A stretch of DNA of 64,000 bases from Candidatus Omnitrophota bacterium (GTDB taxonomy: Bacteria > Ratteibacteria > UBA8468 > B48-G9 > JAFGKM01), in the NCBI GenBank assembly GCA_016928555.1, contig JAFGKM010000005.1:9758-73757 (forward strand). Reading direction: 5' to 3'. Under the pieces are notes generated by a model. That model was not told the origin of the DNA, did not search any database, and was given only the letters and a program-made list of their open reading frames with translations. Shown piece by piece: positions 45,712 to 54,048 of this stretch; position 1 is the first letter of the stretch; every line of letters begins with the position of its first letter. Both the position numbers and the translations under genes were made by a program.

Positions 45712-46959
45712 ATGGAAGAGAAAAAGGTTAACAGGGGGTTGTTGTTTATTCTGGCTAACGGCGTCTACTTCTTTTCCTATTTCCACAGAGTAGCTGTGCC
45801 CGGAACGATTTTCAATGAGATACAGTCCGAATTTCTTTTGTCTGCCACTGCCGTAGCCGGCCTGAGCGCCCTTACCTTTTTCATGTATGGCGGGATACAG
45901 ATTTTTGGCGGAATCATGTCGGACCGTTTCGGAGGATTCCGTACTTTCTTCATGGGTAGTATACTGCTGAGTATAAGCTCTATCCTTTTCTCTTTTTCCT
46001 ATTCGCCCGCCATGCTTTTCATAACGCGTGCTTTTATCGGGCTCAGCGCAGGTATTGTCTTTACCAGTCTTATCAAAATCCTTAGTATAATGTATAAACC
46101 TGAAGATTTTCCTTTCTATCTGAGCATAATGAGTGTTCTCGGTTATACAGGAGGGGTTTTTGCGACTTTCCCTTTGGAGCGGGCGGTCAGCTTTATGGGA
46201 TGGAGGAACTCTTTCCTTCTGGCCGGACTTTTGTGTTTGATTATTGCGCTTTCCTTTAGGCCCTTTATGAAATCTGCCAGAAGGTCTTTTATACAGAAAA
46301 CAACATTTTCCCTGCGAGCGCTTCTTGCGGTTTTAAAAAATAAAAATTCACTTCCTGTAATCGTTTCTGGGCCCATTAATTTCAGCATATATTTTCTTTT
46401 CCAAACAACATTGGGAGCCAAGCATTTGCAGGATTCTTTTAACGTCACTCCTGCACGGGCGGCGTTTTTTACCTTTATTATGATGATAATAAATACGGGG
46501 TCCGTTTTTTTATCCGGTTATACATCCAAACTTATAGGCCTTCGCAGGCCGATTATACGTATTGCCGCAGGTGTTACCCTGTCCGCTTCAATACTGCTTT
46601 TTTTTAACATTTCATTTATATACAGCACAAAACTGGTCTTGTTTTCATATGTCCTCTTGGCTGTTTCCGCCGCCGCCGCCCCTGTTTTTATTACTACCAT
46701 GAAAGAGATGAATACGATTGAGGTTGCCGCTACCTCTGTCGGATTTCTGAATTCAATAGTATATATTGTCCTGTCTTTGCTGGTTTACGCCGCTGGCCGC
46801 ATACTTGATGTTTTCAGTCATGCTGCGGTTGAAATCGCTGGAATAATTATCTATCCCGGTTTTGCATACAGAATGGTTTTTCTTGTATGTATCATGCTGG
46901 CAGTTTGTTCTTTCCTTGTCTGCTTCCCGATAAAAGAGACGGGCAGCGGAAAACAATGA
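45712..46959 (+). CDS. MFS transporter
   Basis: 12 transmembrane helices; 415 aa; MFS-type motif G(x)LSDRFGG after the second helix. Confidence 0.75.
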   Translation: MEEKKVNRGLLFILANGVYFFSYFHRVAVPGTIFNEIQSEFLLSATAVAGLSALTFFMYGGIQIFGGIMSDRFGGFRTFFMGSILLSISSILFSFSYSPAMLFITRAFIGLSAGIVFTSLIKILSIMYKPEDFPFYLSIMSVLGYTGGVFATFPLERAVSFMGWRNSFLLAGLLCLIIALSFRPFMKSARRSFIQKTTFSLRALLAVLKNKNSLPVIVSGPINFSIYFLFQTTLGAKHLQDSFNVTPARAAFFTFIMMIINTGSVFLSGYTSKLIGLRRPIIRIAAGVTLSASILLFFNISFIYSTKLVLFSYVLLAVSAAAAPVFITTMKEMNTIEVAATSVGFLNSIVYIVLSLLVYAAGRILDVFSHAAVEIAGIIIYPGFAYRMVFLVCIMLAVCSFLVCFPIKETGSGKQ

Positions 46960-46989
46960 AGTTTTTTTCCTCATTTCAAAACAATTGAT

Positions 46990-46995
46990 TATAAT
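46990..46995 (+). promoter_or_regulatory. -10 hexamer TATAAT about 24 nt upstream of tRNA-Arg
   Basis: TTGATTATAAT context. Candidate promoter for the tRNA-Arg/tRNA-His pair. Confidence 0.35.
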
Positions 46996-47018
46996 ATCAA
47001 TATGCAGAGAATTTTTAC

Positions 47019-47092
47019 GCGCCTGTAGCTCAACAGGATAGAGTATTGGGCTTCGAACCCAAGGGTTGCCCGTTCGACTCGGGCCAGGCGCA
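47019..47092 (+). tRNA. tRNA-Arg (anticodon TCG)
   Basis: Manual fold: acceptor GCGCCTG/CAGGCGC, D-arm, anticodon loop CTTCGAA, T-arm GCCCG-TTCGACT-CGGGC, discriminator A. Confidence 0.85.
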
Positions 47093-47185
47093 CCGGCAAA
47101 CCGTTATGGTTTATTTTAGCGCCAAAATGTGGTAGAATTACATTCTGTTTTAGCCGGGAATAAGCATTGTCGATTTGTTGTTTAT

Positions 47186-47258
47186 GGTGGGTGTAGCTCA
47201 GGGGCAGAGCACTAGACTGTGGCTCTAGGAGCCGGGGGTTCGAATCCCCTCACCCACC
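47186..47258 (+). tRNA. tRNA-His (anticodon GTG) with encoded G-1
   Basis: Manual fold: extra 5' G(-1) pairing with discriminator C73, acceptor GTGGGTG/CACCCAC, anticodon loop CTGTGGC, T-loop TTCGAAT. Confidence 0.9.
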
Positions 47259-47292
47259 CTGGATTTTTCTCATTTGCCACTGAAAGAAAAAA

Positions 47293-47333
47293 GGGTCAGG
47301 CATGAAAAAGCTCTGACCCCTTTTATGTTTTTT
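47293..47333. terminator. bidirectional intrinsic terminator (GGGTCAG-loop-CTGACCC flanked by A-run and T-run)
   Basis: The hairpin is followed by TTTTATGTTTTTT on the + strand and preceded by AAAAAA. It serves the tRNA-His transcript and the convergent BNR-repeat gene. Confidence 0.6.
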
Positions 47334-47338
47334 AGGTT

Positions 47339-48742
47339 TTACCTTAATGAAACCAGCCATGCGAGAGGACGCAGGACTGTTCTTACCAGCATGCGCACAG
47401 CAGGCCTTCTGCTGATGTATGATGCGGCAGAGGGGCTGTGTTTGTAATACCACCTGACAAATGCCCTGCCTGCCCTGTTTGTCAGCAGGTGCCTGTCGCG
47501 GAAATCCTGAAGCTTCATTACTTCCGACGCCATCGGTGTGCCGTATGCCGCGGTGGCTATGAAACACCAGCCGTCGCTGCGGGCAAGGTCAACAAATTGC
47601 CCAAAATTGGCGTAGATACTCTGGAAACTGCTGAAATACTGGGACCATACCGCCACAACTTTGTCCCCGCTCACCGCCACCTGAGGGCCATATGCATCCC
47701 CTGTCGTATTGTTTTCCAGCAGTTGGGCCGTTCCCCATGTTGCGCCGCCATCGGTGGAATAGTTGGAGTAAATACTAACGGAACTGCCGTCAGACTGGAG
47801 CCATACCGCCGCAACCTTGTTTCCGTCCATCGCCACCTGGGGGGACTCTGCATCATAGTTAGCAGTTTCCAGCAGTTGAGCCGTTTCCCATGTCGCACCG
47901 CCGTCGGTGGAATAGCGGGCGTGGATATTATTGTAAGTGCCGTCAGACTGTCGCCACACCGCAACAACTTTGTCCCCGCTCATCGCCACCTGGGGGTAAT
48001 ATGCATCATAGTCAGCAGTTTCCAGCAGTTGGGCCGTTTCCCATGTCGCGCCGCCATCGGTGGAATAGTTGGAGTAGATACTAGCATAACTGCCGCTCCG
48101 CTGGTACCACACCGCAACAACTTTGTCCCCGCTCATCGCCACCTGGGGGTCATCTGCATCATAGTCAGCAGTTTCCAGCAGTTGGGCCGTTTCCCATGTC
48201 GCGCCGCCATCGGTGGAGTAGCGGGCATAGATATTATCGTCAGTGCCGTCAGACTGGGGCCACACCGCCACAACTTTGTCCCCGCTTATCGCCACCTGGG
48301 GGTAATCTGCATTATAGTCAGCAGTTTCAAGCAGTTGGGCCGTTTCCCATGTCGCGCCGCCGTCGGTGGAGCAGTTGGAATAGATACTATTGTAAGTGCC
48401 GTCCCTCTGGAGCCATACCGCCACAACTTTGTCCCCGCTTATCGCCACCTGAGGGGAATATGCATCATAGTTAGCAGTTTCCAGCATTTGGGCCGTTTCC
48501 CATGTCGCACCGCCGTCGGTGGAGCAGCTGGAATAGATATTCAAGTAACTGCCATCATACTGTTGCCACACCGCCACAACCTTGTCCCCGCTCATCGCCA
48601 CCTGAGGGTCATAGGCCTCATATTCAGAAGTTTCCAGCAGTTGCGGAGCAGTATTCCAGATAAGTTCCGGAGCCCCTTCAAGAGTAGTAGATACAAACAT
48701 ACCGATAAACAATGTAAAACACACCATAAAGATTCTTTTCAT
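47339..48742 (-). CDS. secreted BNR/Asp-box repeat (sialidase-like beta-propeller) protein with conserved CFIATAAYG C-terminal domain
   Basis: Signal peptide and seven tandem 47-aa repeats, each with an Asp-box STDGGATW. The C-terminal 75 aa are almost identical to the C-terminus of the 49757..52162 gene. Confidence 0.75.
   Translation of the reverse strand: MKRIFMVCFTLFIGMFVSTTLEGAPELIWNTAPQLLETSEYEAYDPQVAMSGDKVVAVWQQYDGSYLNIYSSCSTDGGATWETAQMLETANYDAYSPQVAISGDKVVAVWLQRDGTYNSIYSNCSTDGGATWETAQLLETADYNADYPQVAISGDKVVAVWPQSDGTDDNIYARYSTDGGATWETAQLLETADYDADDPQVAMSGDKVVAVWYQRSGSYASIYSNYSTDGGATWETAQLLETADYDAYYPQVAMSGDKVVAVWRQSDGTYNNIHARYSTDGGATWETAQLLETANYDAESPQVAMDGNKVAAVWLQSDGSSVSIYSNYSTDGGATWGTAQLLENNTTGDAYGPQVAVSGDKVVAVWSQYFSSFQSIYANFGQFVDLARSDGWCFIATAAYGTPMASEVMKLQDFRDRHLLTNRAGRAFVRWYYKHSPSAASYISRRPAVRMLVRTVLRPLAWLVSLR
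47590..48655. repeat. seven tandem ~141-bp coding repeats (high nucleotide identity)
   Basis: Near-identical 141-nt units are visible directly in the sequence (e.g. ...caccgccacaactttgtccccgct.atcgccacctgggggt.atctgcat.atagtcagcagtttc.agcagttgggccgtttcccatgtcgc.ccgcc.tcggtgga...). Confidence 0.8.
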
Positions 48743-49068
48743 CTGATATCCTCCATTTGACTTTGAAAAAAAAGCTGTTATCCTGCCGACCTTTTTTCAC
48801 CAACAGTGATATTAAACACCCCCGCCCCGGGAATGTCAAGTTTAAATTAGCACCCACAAATACCTCATAAATACAGCAAATCCTCTCCCCACAGCAACTA
48901 CAGATGATTGTTTACTATACAAGCTATCTCAAGGATTTCGGGGCTTTATTTTTTATATCAGGGGAGGGAAGGGGCGAGGATACGGTGCATTTAGGAAATA
49001 AATTTCGATTCATGATGTCAGGAAAGTGATCTACTGTGGTTCCTTTAGAACTCAGGTATGGAGAAAAC

Positions 49069-49099
49069 AGAGGTTCGAATAGTGTTACCCAGGGGACCC
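49069..49099. repeat. tRNA-3'-end-like junction element copy (AGAGGTTCGAATAGTGTTACCCAGGGGACCC)
   Basis: It contains a T-loop-like GGTTCGAAT. It recurs at 49650, 53114 and, degenerate, 52316, each time just 3' of a minus-strand cassette. Confidence 0.6.
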
Positions 49100-49129
49100 G
49101 GACTTCACCTTTACATTCCAATTTGTGTA

Positions 49130-49411
49130 TTATCGGTATGCTTCTTTTCTGTGCCTGACCCGAAAAATTCTTATCTCTCTTGCTTTATCCTTAATTTCAT
49201 AAATGATGCGATAATCCCCGACTTTGAGCCTGTAATCGTTTTTGGAGCCAACTATTTTTTTGGAATGCAATGGCCTGGGATTTGTTTTCAGGTTATTAAT
49301 AGAAGGAAGAAGTTTTTGAAATAAAACGGTTGGTAATTTTTTCAAATCTCTTTCAGCATGTTTTTCAATAAGAATTTCATACACTTTTGTAGTCCTGTAA
49401 AAAATTGTCAA
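49130..49411 (-). CDS. ParE/RelE-family toxin
   Basis: YRLKVGDYRIIYEIKDKAREIRIFRVRHRKEAY C-terminal signature. A possible GTG start at 49384 would remove the overlap with the antitoxin. Confidence 0.8.
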   Translation of the reverse strand: MTIFYRTTKVYEILIEKHAERDLKKLPTVLFQKLLPSINNLKTNPRPLHSKKIVGSKNDYRLKVGDYRIIYEIKDKAREIRIFRVRHRKEAYR

Positions 49412-49583
49412 ATTTTCTAAATTTCATGGATGTTTTACGCATTGCCTTCAATGTCTTAAGGTCTGCAATATCTTCTAGTCTTTCCAGTATTTCTTCATAT
49501 GTGTCCATTGACAAAATTACTCCAACAGGTTTTCCGTTCTTAACTATAATCTCTTTCGGTTTTTCCAGAAGTGTATTATCCAC
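49377..49583 (-). CDS. Phd/YefM-like antitoxin (GTG start)
   Basis: 68 aa. A GGGGAGG Shine-Dalgarno sits 6 nt before GTG 49583. It lies upstream of and overlaps the ParE-like toxin. Confidence 0.6.
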   Translation of the reverse strand: MDNTLLEKPKEIIVKNGKPVGVILSMDTYEEILERLEDIADLKTLKAMRKTSMKFRKFDNFLQDYKSV

Positions 49584-49649
49584 GTTTTCCTCCCCATTTT
49601 ATATGTTACTATTTTACCATAGAATTCAGATAAGAGAAACAGCAACAAA

Positions 49650-49688
49650 AGAGGTTCGAATAGTGTTACCCACCCTGGGATTTTTCTC
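49650..49688. repeat. hybrid junction element: element-type left half plus tRNA-His-3'-type right half (AGAGGTTCGAATAGTGTTACCCACCCTGGGATTTTTCTC)
   Basis: The left half matches copies at 49069 and 53114. The right half matches the tRNA-His 3' end and downstream flank (47246..47275). Identity continues about 150 nt through the terminator and the paralog C-terminus. Confidence 0.65.
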
Positions 49689-49707
49689 GTTTGCCTCTGA
49701 AATGAGA

Positions 49708-49755
49708 AAGGGGCCGGACCTTTTACAGTCCTGGCCCCTTTTATGTTTTTTAGGT
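49708..49755. terminator. bidirectional intrinsic terminator, paralogous to 47293..47333
   Basis: AAGGGGCC...GGCCCCTT stem followed by TTATGTTTTTT; same sequence context as the terminator after tRNA-His. Confidence 0.55.
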
Positions 49756-49756
49756 T

Positions 49757-52162
49757 TTACCGGATCGAAACCAGCCATGCAATGGGACGAAGGACTGTTC
49801 TCACCAGCATGCGCACAGCAGGCCTTCTGCTGATGTACGATGCGGCAGATGGGCTGTGTTTGTAATACCACCTTACGAAAGCCCTGCCTGCTCTGTTTGT
49901 CAGCAGATGCCTGTCGCGGAAGTTGCGCAGTTTGACAACCTCCGAAGCCATCGGCGTTCCGTATGCCGCGGTGGCTATGAAGCAGTTACCGTTGCCGGTT
50001 CCGAAAAACGGGCATGATTTTTTGCCTTCAAACTTGCTTACAAAAGCGTCAGCAAAACCCCCGTTATATGCCGTATCATATGCGCCAGGTGTTACGGGGA
50101 AATCTGTAGAGTATGTCTCTCCAGCGACAAACAGGTTATTCCGGCTGTCCATGGCAATGGCATTAGCATAATCATAATCACCGCCGCCTAGGAAGGTAGA
50201 ATAGAGAAGTTCCGTCAAGTTATTATCAAACTTGCTTATGAAGCCATCAAAAATACCATTGAAGACCGGAGCATAGGCGTCGAGTGTTGTCGGGAAAGAT
50301 TCTGACTCGGTATTTCCCGCCACAAATACATTATCCTGATTGTCTATGGCGACGGCATAACCATTATCTTCATTAATGCCGCCCATGAATGTAGAAGCAA
50401 GAAGTTGTGTCAGGTCATTGTCAAATTTGCCTAAAAAAACATCACTGTGTCCGTTATACACCTCATCATAGGCGCCTGTCGTTGCAGGGAAGTTCTCTGA
50501 AGAAGTCCGTCCTGTTATAAAGACGTTGTCCTGGCTGTCTATGGTTACGGCATAACCAGTATCTTCATTAATGCCGCCCATGAATGTGGAAGCAAGCAGT
50601 TGTGTCAGGTCATTTTGAAACTTGCTTACAAAGGTGTCGCCCCCGCCGTTATATCCTTCATCATAAGCGCCGGTCGTTGCGGGGAAGTTCTCTGAAGAAG
50701 TCATTCCTGTTATAAAGACGTTGTCCTGGCTGTCTATGGCTATAGAATAAGCATAATTCCATTCACTGCCGCCTATGAAGGTTGAGGCAAGCAGTTGTGC
50801 CAGGTTTTTATCGAACTTGCCTACAAAAGCGTTGCTATTGCCGTTAAGTGTTTCAGCATATGCGCCATCCGTTACAGGGAAATCTTCTGACGAGGTAGTC
50901 CCTGCGACAAATACATTATCCATAGTGTCTATCGCAAGGCCGTCTGCACGGTCAAAGTCCTCGCCGCCCAGAAAGGTAGAGACGAGCAGTTCTGACAGAC
51001 TATTATTGAATTTACCTATAAAGGCATCCCAACTGCCGCCGTTATAATTTTCATTATAAGCCTCGTCCGTTGCAGGAAAGTCTTCTGAAGATGTTTGTCC
51101 TGCAAACAGGATATTGTTTTCTTTGTCTATAACCATGAAGTTAATAGTATCGTTGCTATCGCCTCCTATAAAGGTGGAAGCAAGCAGTTGTGTCAGGTCA
51201 TTATTAAACTTGCTTATAAAGACATCATTGGCTCCCCCCTTATACTCTGTCTCGTAGGCACCCTGTGTTGTCGGGAAGTCTTCTGATGCAGTATTCCCTG
51301 CTACAAAGATATTGTCGTTGCTGTCTATGGCGATAGTTGTGGCATAATCAGAATAGCTGCCGCCTATGAAGGTTGAGGCAAGCAAGGGGTCTATCACAAG
51401 CGGCTTTCTCCTGTCATACCTGTTTACGGCAAAGGAATAGGTGTCTTCGGAAATAATCCTATAAGAAGTTTTAATCCCTTTCATGCCTCCCCGTATTTTC
51501 TGGTATGCAAAAGGTTTTGTGAAAGATATATCTCCGAGTTCGGTCTTTACCACCAACTGTCCGTCTTTGTCTACTTCCAGTCCATGTCCTCCCTCAACCT
51601 TTATCCGGATGTCTTTTACTGCTCCGCCCGGCATGACATGAAAAATCTTTTCGGCATTATTGCCCCGTGCACGAAGGGTCAACTCTATGTTCTCGTATAC
51701 CTCTCCGAGGCTGACTGCATTGTAGGATTCAATATTCCTCTGCCACTTTGCCGGGTCATTTCCCTTAAAATAGTTTATCCTTGCCGATGTTTTTTCCCGT
51801 CCTGTTACATCTGCCTGTCCCGCTCCTACAAGATACTCTTTCAATGCTACGCCTATAACTGTCTCTTTCCGTATTCCTGCACGTACTCCTTTTTTCCCGG
51901 TATTCCCCGCCCCTTCGGATACCTTGGGCAGAGAGTAGACTGTTTCTCCCTTATCCGTTACAAAAAGAGTGCCGCCGAATGTCCGCGCGTAATACGCCAC
52001 TTCCCCTGGATACTGTCCGCTGTTCTTGAGAAAGGGGATGCTTGCCAAAGAGAGCTTTAACTTAACCTGCTGTTCTTCAACAGCCCTGTCTGAAACAGCG
52101 GCGAAACTTATGCCCACAAACAGAATCATCAAAATACCGAATATCTTTTTCAATGCCAACAC
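49757..52162 (-). CDS. secreted SBBP-type beta-propeller repeat protein with conserved CFIATAAYG C-terminal domain
   Basis: Signal peptide, an N-terminal domain of about 260 aa, seven repeats of about 52 aa (LLASTFIGGS..D.GYAIAIDSQDNVFVAGNTSSEDFPTT.GAYDE.YNGG.DAFVSKF), then the shared C-terminal 75 aa. Confidence 0.75.
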   Translation of the reverse strand: MLALKKIFGILMILFVGISFAAVSDRAVEEQQVKLKLSLASIPFLKNSGQYPGEVAYYARTFGGTLFVTDKGETVYSLPKVSEGAGNTGKKGVRAGIRKETVIGVALKEYLVGAGQADVTGREKTSARINYFKGNDPAKWQRNIESYNAVSLGEVYENIELTLRARGNNAEKIFHVMPGGAVKDIRIKVEGGHGLEVDKDGQLVVKTELGDISFTKPFAYQKIRGGMKGIKTSYRIISEDTYSFAVNRYDRRKPLVIDPLLASTFIGGSYSDYATTIAIDSNDNIFVAGNTASEDFPTTQGAYETEYKGGANDVFISKFNNDLTQLLASTFIGGDSNDTINFMVIDKENNILFAGQTSSEDFPATDEAYNENYNGGSWDAFIGKFNNSLSELLVSTFLGGEDFDRADGLAIDTMDNVFVAGTTSSEDFPVTDGAYAETLNGNSNAFVGKFDKNLAQLLASTFIGGSEWNYAYSIAIDSQDNVFITGMTSSENFPATTGAYDEGYNGGGDTFVSKFQNDLTQLLASTFMGGINEDTGYAVTIDSQDNVFITGRTSSENFPATTGAYDEVYNGHSDVFLGKFDNDLTQLLASTFMGGINEDNGYAVAIDNQDNVFVAGNTESESFPTTLDAYAPVFNGIFDGFISKFDNNLTELLYSTFLGGGDYDYANAIAMDSRNNLFVAGETYSTDFPVTPGAYDTAYNGGFADAFVSKFEGKKSCPFFGTGNGNCFIATAAYGTPMASEVVKLRNFRDRHLLTNRAGRAFVRWYYKHSPSAASYISRRPAVRMLVRTVLRPIAWLVSIR

Positions 52163-52315
52163 TCCTTTCGGGTTTTTACCCGTTGTTTAAGCAGGAACAT
52201 AAAGCTGACATTTTTTATATGATGAAACCTTTTTCAGTTGTTGTCAATTATTTTTTATCTTGCAGAAGGAGAGGCAGGCGTTTATTTTCTCAAGAAACTC
52301 TGGATGGGCAATAAC

Positions 52316-52345
52316 AGAGGTTTGAACCTGCTCCCCCAGGGACCC
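52316..52345. repeat. degenerate junction element copy (AGAGGTTTGAACCTGCTCCCCCAGGGACCC)
   Basis: Related to the 49069 and 53114 elements at both ends. Confidence 0.4.
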
Positions 52346-52542
52346 AGTTTCGTAATCTTCTTTGAAGTGAAGGGGATGAGAAGAGAGCGAAGACGTTTGG
52401 CTCCAATGAGTAAGAGGAGCCGTACGAATGGCCGACCCGAGCCGTATTGGGAGGCGAGCGGCGCCGGTCCAACTGAAGATTCTTCCTTATTGAACCGAGA
52501 GCGTGTGCAGTATTTCTGGAAAAGATAATCTAAGATATATTG

Positions 52543-52800
52543 TTATCTGGATTTCCTGTATATATCTTTCCTATGTCCGATTGCTTCTGCAAAGATTTCG
52601 TCTTTTTCTATTGTGTAAATAATCCGATAATCTCCGACCCTGTAGGAAAATTCCCCTGTTAGCTCTCCGGTTAGTTTTTTACCTGCAAAAGGACTATCTT
52701 TCAATATACGCAGTTTTTCTTTAACTCTTATCTGAATTTTTTGTGGCGACTTCTCGTATTTCTTTAGAAATGCATTTGTCAGAAAGAGTTGATATTTCAC
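52543..52800 (-). CDS. ParE/RelE-family toxin
   Basis: FSYRVGDYRIIYTIEKDEIFAEAIGHRKDIY motif; 85 aa. It overlaps the antitoxin by 4 nt. Confidence 0.8.
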   Translation of the reverse strand: MKYQLFLTNAFLKKYEKSPQKIQIRVKEKLRILKDSPFAGKKLTGELTGEFSYRVGDYRIIYTIEKDEIFAEAIGHRKDIYRKSR

Positions 52801-53057
52801 TGATTGCTCCCAAAATATTCTTCGTATGAGCTGTACCTTCTATTTTTTATATCTTCTTTGGCCGCGACTATATCTCTGAGTAATTTCCTGTCAGCCAGTA
52901 TTTCCAGAGTTTCAATTTCTTCCAGACTAACTATTATTGCTTTTGCTTTTGACCTTTGAGTTATAATATATCTTTCTCCCAGTGAAATTTCTTTTATTAT
53001 TTGCGGCAGTTTTTCTCTTGTTGCCACAATTCCTATAACTTTATCCATAAGTAACAC
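52797..53057 (-). CDS. Phd/YefM-family antitoxin
   Basis: 86 aa; KAIIVSLEEIETLEILAD is typical of Phd/YefM. It lies upstream of the toxin. Confidence 0.75.
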   Translation of the reverse strand: MLLMDKVIGIVATREKLPQIIKEISLGERYIITQRSKAKAIIVSLEEIETLEILADRKLLRDIVAAKEDIKNRRYSSYEEYFGSNQ

Positions 53058-53113
53058 CTCCGTTATTAATTGTACGGTTAATCGTACACATTGTCAATGG
53101 ATGGAAAAGCAAA

Positions 53114-53144
53114 AGAGGTTCTAATAGTGTTACCCAGGGGACCC
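53114..53144. repeat. junction element copy (AGAGGTTCTAATAGTGTTACCCAGGGGACCC)
   Basis: One mismatch relative to the 49069 copy. It is preceded by similar ATGGA.AAA..A context. Confidence 0.6.
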
Positions 53145-53161
53145 AGCTGCTTTTCCCGATT

Positions 53162-53614
53162 TTAATGTTGTGGAATGTTCTTGAGAGAATCTGCATCCGC
53201 TTTGTCTTTCAATCTTCCTGTAGATTCTTTATTTTTTATCAGGTTTTCCTTGGAAAGAAAAGGTATCTCCAGATCTTCAAGCAGGATTATCTGTTTTGTT
53301 TCATAAGCAGTGTTAAAGTCAACGCCGTCAATATGGGTAATAATGTCTATTCTGCGCGGCACAACGCCTATCTGGAATACTATCTCTTTTTCCGCAAAGG
53401 TCTTTTCATCGATATCTTTCAGGTATGTACCGAAGTCAATAAGAGATTTATAGACTTTTTTTGAATTTTCAGCGCTTGCTTCAACCCATATGTCGAAGTC
53501 TCCTGTCGCCCTCGGATATCCATGGGCGGCCATTGCATAGGCTCCGACCACAAGAAATTTAACCCTGTTTTTTAAGAAGATTTGTAATATGTCTTTGTAG
53601 TCTTCGTTTAACAT
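53162..53614 (-). CDS. nucleotidyltransferase-fold protein (minimal NTase-like, hGG.A...HG..R.T.D.D motif)
   Basis: FLVVGAYAMAAHGYPRATGDFDIWV. 150 aa. It overlaps the upstream small ORF. Confidence 0.5.
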   Translation of the reverse strand: MLNEDYKDILQIFLKNRVKFLVVGAYAMAAHGYPRATGDFDIWVEASAENSKKVYKSLIDFGTYLKDIDEKTFAEKEIVFQIGVVPRRIDIITHIDGVDFNTAYETKQIILLEDLEIPFLSKENLIKNKESTGRLKDKADADSLKNIPQH

Positions 53615-53756
53615 AGTATGAATCCCTGATTGACCAGAGTTCTTCCGTCAACGGCCACATGAAGGATATGCATTCCAAGGGAGATGCATCTGTATAGGAG
53701 TCATTCTCTTTAGACATTTTCTTAAGTCTTGTCTTAGTTTTCATTACTGTTTTCAT
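53559..53756 (-). CDS. small hypothetical protein (65 aa), apparently leaderless, co-transcribed with the NTase-fold gene
   Basis: ATG 53756 lies 6 nt downstream of an extended -10 TGcTATAAT (53763..53771, minus strand). The ORF overlaps the NTase-fold gene start by 55 nt in another frame. Confidence 0.35.
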   Translation of the reverse strand: MKTVMKTKTRLKKMSKENDSYTDASPLECISFMWPLTEELWSIRDSYYVKRRLQRHITNLLKKQG

Positions 53757-53762
53757 AAATAT

Positions 53763-53771
53763 ATTATAGCA
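53763..53771 (-). promoter_or_regulatory. extended -10 TGcTATAAT driving a leaderless small ORF
   Basis: Minus-strand reading ...tgcTATAATatatttATGaaaaca... Confidence 0.4.
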
Positions 53772-53841
53772 TAAATGACAGGGAAATAGAAGCAAAAATG
53801 GAGGGTTCAGGATTTGAGACTAAATATCCCAAAGGCATTGC

Positions 53842-54048
53842 TTATCTTCTATATTCCTGTAAAAAGTCTTCTAATTTTCTGAACTTTAGAGAATTTTGTC
53901 TCATTGCTTTTAACATTTTCAGGTCTTCAATGTCTTTCAACCTCTCAAGGATTTCTTCATATGTTTCTATAGACAAAATTACTCCAACAGATTTTCCGTT
54001 TTTAACTATAAGCTCTTTTGGCATATACATAAGTGCATTTTCCGTCAT
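53842..54048 (-). CDS. orphan Phd/YefM-like antitoxin, paralog of 49377..49583
   Basis: About 80% nucleotide identity to the 49377..49583 antitoxin over the conserved core. It is followed not by a ParE toxin but by the small-ORF/NTase pair. Start taken at ATG 54048. Confidence 0.5.
   Translation of the reverse strand: MTENALMYMPKELIVKNGKSVGVILSIETYEEILERLKDIEDLKMLKAMRQNSLKFRKLEDFLQEYRR

Noticed and set aside
47590-48655. Tandem repeats as a possible CRISPR array
   Set aside because: The repeats are 141 nt, contiguous with no unique spacers, and lie in frame inside a protein-coding gene with Asp-box motifs.
47438-48760. 440-aa plus-strand ORF antisense to the BNR-repeat gene (and similar antisense ORFs 429..1019, 6003..6764, 28392..29021, 25791..26306, 41246..41938)
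   Set aside because: Low-complexity translations created by repeat or GC structure. The opposite-strand genes carry signal peptides and recognisable domains and have paralog support.
53559-53795. TTG-initiated 78-aa version of the small ORF upstream of the NTase-fold gene
   Set aside because: The extended -10 promoter lies inside this extension, so ATG 53756 is the more plausible start; the ORF is kept with low confidence only.
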